Below, one piece after another: positions 59,335 through 64,000 of a stretch of DNA of 64,000 nt. Position 1 is the stretch's first letter; each line of letters begins with the position of its first letter. The position numbers were made by a program, and so were the translations under genes. Source of the DNA: Bradymonadia bacterium (GTDB taxonomy: Bacteria > Myxococcota_A > Bradymonadia > UBA7976 > UBA1532); NCBI GenBank assembly GCA_046290225.1, contig JBKAGE010000049.1, positions 24,430-88,429 on the forward strand. Direction: 5' to 3'. The notes under the pieces were generated by a model, which ran no database searches, was not told the DNA's origin, and worked only from the letters and a program-made list of their open reading frames with translations.

Positions 59335-59781
59335 ATGGCAACCATCCGCAACATCATGCTCAGCCTGCTGGCCCTCGGCTTCCTGGCCCCCGCCGCCAGC
59401 GCCTACCCGCTCCAGAACGCCGCCGAGCTGCTCATCGAATGTGTCGACAAGGGCGACGCCAAAGATGTAGCCAAGGCCATCAAGGGCGCCTGGAAGGACT
59501 GCGAGGCCATGCGAGGCGAGCGCAAGACCTGTCGCCAGGACAAGCGCAGCTGCAAGAAGCTCTGTAAGCAGGCCTACAAGGGCAAAGAGCGCAAGGAATG
59601 CAAGAAGTCCTGCAAGGACAGCAAGAAGTCCTGCATCGACGCCGCCAAGGCCAGCATGAACGGCCAGGCATGCCAGGCAGCCAACAAGTCCCTCATCTCC
59701 GCCATCAAGAAGGCAGGCGTGAAGGCCGGCAAGTGCGCCGCCAACACCCTCGTCCCCGGTCTCGAGAAGCTCAAGAAGTAA
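59335..59781 (+). CDS. Small secreted Lys/Cys-rich helical protein
   Basis: RBS GGAGA, signal peptide (ASA-Y), 10 Cys, strong GC3 codon bias. Confidence 0.85.
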   Translation: MATIRNIMLSLLALGFLAPAASAYPLQNAAELLIECVDKGDAKDVAKAIKGAWKDCEAMRGERKTCRQDKRSCKKLCKQAYKGKERKECKKSCKDSKKSCIDAAKASMNGQACQAANKSLISAIKKAGVKAGKCAANTLVPGLEKLKK

Positions 59782-59817
59782 GCACCCGAGCACATCACAC
59801 AGGGGGGAGGGCCCACC

Positions 59818-60366
59818 ATGCGTGCGCTCGTGTTCATCACTCTGAGCCTGCTCATCAGCACATCAGCCTCTGCGGGCACGATCACCTTCAAGGGTTGCAG
59901 CGCCTCTGATCAGTCCAACATCAAGCAGGCTGTACAGTGGCTCAAAGACAACATCTCGAAGATCGACGCCAAGATGGGCAAGGGCGCCCTCATGAGCTGG
60001 CCAGGAAACAGCCGCAAGAAGTGGCTGGCGAAGCTCGACAAGGATCTGAAGTTCGTCTGTAAGAACGCCAAGAAGAAATGCCAACGGGTCAGCAAGAGCG
60101 GCACCGTGCTCTATGGTCAGGTGGTACCAGTCTTCCAACAGAAGACCGTACAGCTCTGCACCAACCACTTCACCCGGGGCATGTCCGACTACGTGGGCAC
60201 CATCGCCCACGAGATCGGACACCTCGTCCGCCTCAATGCTCACCGGACCAACTGCAAGAAGCTGTGCGAAAAGCCGCGCTTCTCCCAGTCCGTGGGCATC
60301 GCCGCCGAGATCGCCTATACCGGCGGCAGCTACAGCGCCAAAGCGTGCAAGAAGTCGTGTGACTGA
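59818..60366 (+). CDS. Small secreted basic zinc metallopeptidase-like protein (M35-like features)
   Basis: RBS GGAGG, signal peptide, FKGCS..Q..I..A, VQLC..F and GTIAHEIGH. Confidence 0.72.
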   Translation: MRALVFITLSLLISTSASAGTITFKGCSASDQSNIKQAVQWLKDNISKIDAKMGKGALMSWPGNSRKKWLAKLDKDLKFVCKNAKKKCQRVSKSGTVLYGQVVPVFQQKTVQLCTNHFTRGMSDYVGTIAHEIGHLVRLNAHRTNCKKLCEKPRFSQSVGIAAEIAYTGGSYSAKACKKSCD

Positions 60367-60425
60367 AATTCAGCTATAACCTCTCGGGAGCGTTCTGCTC
60401 CAAGACACGAAGACGAGAGGTACGC

Positions 60426-61064
60426 GTGCTCGCGCTCTGGCTCACAGCAGGTCTCATTCTCGGTGCCCCCGAAGGCGTCGCGACACCATCCCCCGCCCAG
60501 ACCCGATTCGATCAGGTCTACAGCGACGTCAGTAAAGCGGCGGCGCCCAGCGAGGCCGACGTCGCTCGGCTCCGATCGATCTACCCAGAAACGCCGTACT
60601 ACAAACCCTATGGCCACCACGGTGAAACGCTGCGCCGCGCAGGTGATCAGGCACTCGCGCGGAAAGACTGGGGGGCGGTCATCGAGTCATGTCAGGCCCT
60701 CATCAAGGCGCACCCCCTCGATCTCGACGCTCACCTGCAGTGCGCCCACGCCTACAAACAGATGGGCGCCAAGTGGGCTGATCACCATCAGGCGATGATC
60801 ACAGGCCTGCTCAAAGCCATCGTCGAAGACAAAGACGGTCGCAGTGTGCAGAACGCTTGGCGCATCATCGACGTCAGCGAGGCTCAAGTGGTCCTCAAGC
60901 TGCTCGCGCTCAAGCTCCAGAGTCAGCAGGTTCAGAACATCGGCGACAGTCGCTACAGCGTGATGCAGGTCACCGATGCCGAGGGACAGAGTTTCAGGGT
61001 GTACTTCAACCTCGATATCCCCTGGCGTTGGATGCGTACGCACATGGGTGAGCAGATCAAATGA
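60426..61064 (+). CDS. DUF4919-like TPR-containing exported protein
   Basis: Y.PY, HPLDLDAH TPR-like helices, AI....DG.S...AW.II.VSE and VYFNLD. Confidence 0.7.
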   Translation: MLALWLTAGLILGAPEGVATPSPAQTRFDQVYSDVSKAAAPSEADVARLRSIYPETPYYKPYGHHGETLRRAGDQALARKDWGAVIESCQALIKAHPLDLDAHLQCAHAYKQMGAKWADHHQAMITGLLKAIVEDKDGRSVQNAWRIIDVSEAQVVLKLLALKLQSQQVQNIGDSRYSVMQVTDAEGQSFRVYFNLDIPWRWMRTHMGEQIK

Positions 61065-62305
61065 GCAGCACACAGATTCTGAGAGGCCCGGCCCTGTGTC
61101 CGGAGCCCGACGGCCACATCACCCTGATCGACGACGCCCTGATCGAGCTCACAGCCCACGGGCACATCGACGCTGTCGTGGCAGCCCCTGATGACTGCGA
61201 GGTACCGATCACCCATCCCGGCACGGTGTGGATGCCCGGCCTCGTCGACACTCACATCCATTTCCCACAAACGCACATCATCGGCAGCGCCGCGGGGCCA
61301 TTGCTCGACTGGCTGGAGACTGTCGTGTTTCCGGAAGAAGCACGCTTTGCCGAGATCGAGTACGCCGCCCGCGTAGCCGAGGTCTTCTGTGACGCTCTCA
61401 TCGCTCAGGGCACCACCTGCGCCGCCATCTATGGCAGCAGCCACATCGCCGCGTGCGACACGCTCTTCCAGGCCCTCGCCACCCGCGGTCTCAAAGCCAT
61501 CGCGGGCCCGGCTTTGATGAACCGTGGCGCACCGGATGACGTCCTCCTCGACACCGACGCAGCCCTCGCCGGCCTCGAGGCGCTGCGCCAGACATGGCAT
61601 GGCCACGACAACCGCCTCTGGCTCTCCGTCGTGCCACGCTTTGCCTTGAGCTGTACGCAAGATCTGTTGTCTCGAGCAGGGCGCTTCGCCCTCGATCATG
61701 GGCTCTGGGTGCAGACCCACCTTTCAGAAAACAAAGCCGAGATCGCCGCCACGGCCGAAGCCTTCCCCAACGCCAGAGACTACCTCGGTGTGTACGAAGA
61801 CGCAGGGCTCGTCCACGAGCGCTCGATCTTCGCCCACTGCATCTGGCTCGATGAGGGGCAATGGCATCGTATGGCCAGCGTCGGCGCCTCGGTGACCCAC
61901 TGCCCCGACAGCAACTTCTTCCTAGGCAGCGGGTGCATGCACCTCGAGACCGTGCTCGGTCACGGTGTGCCTGTGGGCCTCGGCACCGATGTCGGCGCGG
62001 GTCGGACCTTCTCAGTCCGGCGTGTGGTGGCCAGCGCATACGATGCAGCTTTGATGGTGGGCGCCGAGGTGAGCCCGGAGCGTCTGTTGTGGCTGGCCAC
62101 CCTCGGTGGGGCTCAATCCCTCAACATGGGTGATCACATGGGCCGGATCGCACCAGGGTACGACGCGGATCTCATCGCAGTGCCCGTGAGCCCTCGCACC
62201 AGCAATCCCGATACACGAAAGGCCGCCCTCATCGACGCGTTGGTCTTTCAACACGATACCGGCCCGGTCACAGCCACCTATGTCAGGGGTCAGCGACTCC
62301 GCTGA
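61061..62305 (+). CDS. guaD: Guanine deaminase
   Basis: PGLVDTHIHFPQ, LLDWLE..FPEE, PRFALSC, QTHLSEN, HCP.SN.FLGSG and GLGTDVGAG. Confidence 0.92.
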   Translation: MSSTQILRGPALCPEPDGHITLIDDALIELTAHGHIDAVVAAPDDCEVPITHPGTVWMPGLVDTHIHFPQTHIIGSAAGPLLDWLETVVFPEEARFAEIEYAARVAEVFCDALIAQGTTCAAIYGSSHIAACDTLFQALATRGLKAIAGPALMNRGAPDDVLLDTDAALAGLEALRQTWHGHDNRLWLSVVPRFALSCTQDLLSRAGRFALDHGLWVQTHLSENKAEIAATAEAFPNARDYLGVYEDAGLVHERSIFAHCIWLDEGQWHRMASVGASVTHCPDSNFFLGSGCMHLETVLGHGVPVGLGTDVGAGRTFSVRRVVASAYDAALMVGAEVSPERLLWLATLGGAQSLNMGDHMGRIAPGYDADLIAVPVSPRTSNPDTRKAALIDALVFQHDTGPVTATYVRGQRLR

Positions 62306-62313
62306 GCCAAAGG

Positions 62314-62347
62314 GCTGCTGAACGAAGCCTTCTCATCGCTCAGCAGC
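62314..62347. terminator. Possible bidirectional hairpin between convergent genes
   Basis: GCTGCTGA...TCAGCAGC inverted repeat, no U-tract. Confidence 0.35.
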
Positions 62348-62353
62348 GCACGA

Positions 62354-63739
62354 TCAGGCAGGGCCCCCACCGATCGTATCCAGAATCAGATCGTGCACGC
62401 CGGTCATGGGCATGCGATCACACTCACCGATCTTGCTGCTGCTCAAGAACACCGGGCCATCCTCGTCCCGATCAGGCAGGCGACCATGGGATCCCTTCAC
62501 CAGGCTCGCATCGGTGGAGATCACATCCATGTAATAGCGGAAGCCCAGCTTCTTCTTGAGGAGCGTCCAGGCCACCTTCACCACCGGCGCGGTGATCTCG
62601 GGGTCGACGAACAGCTCCACGGGGTCGTATCCAGGCTTGCGGTGGATGTCGACGCTGGTGGCATAGTCAGGGCGCCGCTTCTCGTCGAACCAGTAGTAGT
62701 AGGTAAACCATGCATCGGGCTCGGCGATGACCACGAGCTCCCCAGCCCGCTCGTGATTCAGGCCCAACTCGGCCTTGCCTGCCTCATCGAGCACCCGCTC
62801 TACCCCATCGACCTTCTCCAACAGCGCCTTCACCTTGGCGATGTTCTCAGGCCGCTTCACGTACACATGGGCGATCTGGTGGTCCGCCACCGACATGGCC
62901 TCGCACTCACCGTTGTCGATGATCTCCCACCCGGTTGAGAACAGGCGGGTCTTCAGGTAGCCAGCCTCTCGCAGGATCCGATTCAGGTGAACCGGTCGAC
63001 CCGCATCGGTGATGCCATACTCACTCACCACCATGATCTGGTAGCCCTTGCCTTTGGCAAAGTCGATGAGCTCTCCAGCGACACGATCAATGGCTCGACA
63101 TGCCTTCTCGGTGGTGGGGGCGTTGACCCCGAACCGTTGCAGGTCATAGTCGAGGTGAGGCAGGTAGCACAACGCGAGCTGAGGCTGCTCCTGCTCGATG
63201 ACCAGCCGCGTCGATTCAGCGATCCACGCGCTGCTCTCGATACCGGCCTTGGGCCCCCAGAAGTTGAAGAACGGGAACGGCCCGAGGCGCTCCTCGAGGG
63301 TGTCCTTGAACTCAGCAGGATCAGTCCGAATGCCTAGAATCTTGCGACCATCAGCAGGATAGACAGGCCGAGGAGTCGCGGCATGCTCCACCCCGGCGTA
63401 CATGTTGTACCACCAGAACATCTTCGCCGTGGTGAACGCGTCACCAAAACGCTTTCGGCCGGTGTGCCAGACCTTGTCGGCGGTGACGAACTGGTTGGGC
63501 TGGCGCCAGAAGAGCACCTCGGCGAGATCTCGGAAGTACCAGCCATTGCCCACGATGCCATGATCTACGGGCATCTTGCCGGTGAGCATGGTGGCCTGAG
63601 CGCTGCAGGTCACCGCCGGACAGATGGCGTCCATGGGCGCCGAGAAGCCGCTCTTGGCCACGTCGGCAATGCGAGGGGTGTACTTGAGCAGGCCCGGGGT
63701 GAGGCCCACGACGTTGATGACGAGCAGACGGTGCTTCAC
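62354..63739 (-). CDS. Alkaline phosphatase superfamily nucleotide pyrophosphatase/phosphodiesterase (EboF-like)
   Basis: INVVGLT, PAVTCSAQAT, HGIVGNGWY, YLPHLDYDLQ, SEYG, DHQIAH, DIHRKPGYDP and GSHG. Confidence 0.9.
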   Translation of the reverse strand: MKHRLLVINVVGLTPGLLKYTPRIADVAKSGFSAPMDAICPAVTCSAQATMLTGKMPVDHGIVGNGWYFRDLAEVLFWRQPNQFVTADKVWHTGRKRFGDAFTTAKMFWWYNMYAGVEHAATPRPVYPADGRKILGIRTDPAEFKDTLEERLGPFPFFNFWGPKAGIESSAWIAESTRLVIEQEQPQLALCYLPHLDYDLQRFGVNAPTTEKACRAIDRVAGELIDFAKGKGYQIMVVSEYGITDAGRPVHLNRILREAGYLKTRLFSTGWEIIDNGECEAMSVADHQIAHVYVKRPENIAKVKALLEKVDGVERVLDEAGKAELGLNHERAGELVVIAEPDAWFTYYYWFDEKRRPDYATSVDIHRKPGYDPVELFVDPEITAPVVKVAWTLLKKKLGFRYYMDVISTDASLVKGSHGRLPDRDEDGPVFLSSSKIGECDRMPMTGVHDLILDTIGGGPA

Positions 63740-63860
63740 GAAAACTCCACGATCAGATGCAATCGTGTGTAATGGAGCACTCAAAGGGGGGCAAGGGTTC
63801 GTTGCGCCGTACTTCTACGTGAGCACGGCACAGCATGTGTTGATGACATGCACGGAAAGA

Positions 63861-63896
63861 AAAAACCCCAGCAAGCATATGCCTGCTGGGGTTTTT
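63861..63896 (-). terminator. Rho-independent terminator of the rRNA operon
   Basis: AAAAACCCCAGCA-loop-TGCTGGGGTTTTT, immediately downstream of the 5S gene on the minus strand. Confidence 0.85.
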
Positions 63897-63905
63897 AGAT
63901 GAAAA

Positions 63906-64000
63906 CCTGGCGGCGACCTACTCTCCCACACGGAGAACCATGCAGTACCATCGGCGCAAAGGAGCTTAACGACCGAGTTCGGGATGGGATCGGGTGGGGC
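63906..64000 (-). rRNA. rrf: 5S ribosomal RNA (3' portion; 5' end lies beyond the window)
   Basis: Reverse complement contains CCCATCCCGAACTCGG.CGTTAAG, CGCCGATGGTACTG and GGGAGAGTAGGTCGCCGCCAGG. Confidence 0.97.

Overview
GC-rich chromosomal window that looks myxobacterial (Myxococcota-like). That assignment is inferred from Myxococcus-type Cys-rich repeats, a MYXO-CTERM-like sorting signal, an FHA-sigma54 activator and many lipoproteins with Gly- or Pro/Asp-rich linkers. Housekeeping genes are gltB/gltD, pdxS/pdxT, ptrB, serA, slyX, an RluA-family synthase, guaD and the 3' part of a 5S rRNA with its terminator at the right edge. They are interspersed with many secreted or surface proteins: an M4 protease with a 5x repeated Cys-paired domain, a heme-c/copper monooxygenase-like lipoprotein with a His-motif partner, a double-headed fibrinogen/beta-helix protein divergent from a CVNH-like lectin, and small cationic disulfide-rich proteins. 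Also present are a MoxR-AAA/vWA-metallopeptidase pair behind a helical-repeat protein, a four-gene signalling cluster (twin FixL-type heme-PAS hybrid kinase, CheR, no CheB), and two copies of a GTAG-type REP/REPIN-like palindromic element. I saw no transposase, integrase, phage gene, tRNA or CRISPR array. All family calls come from motif recognition by eye, not database searches.
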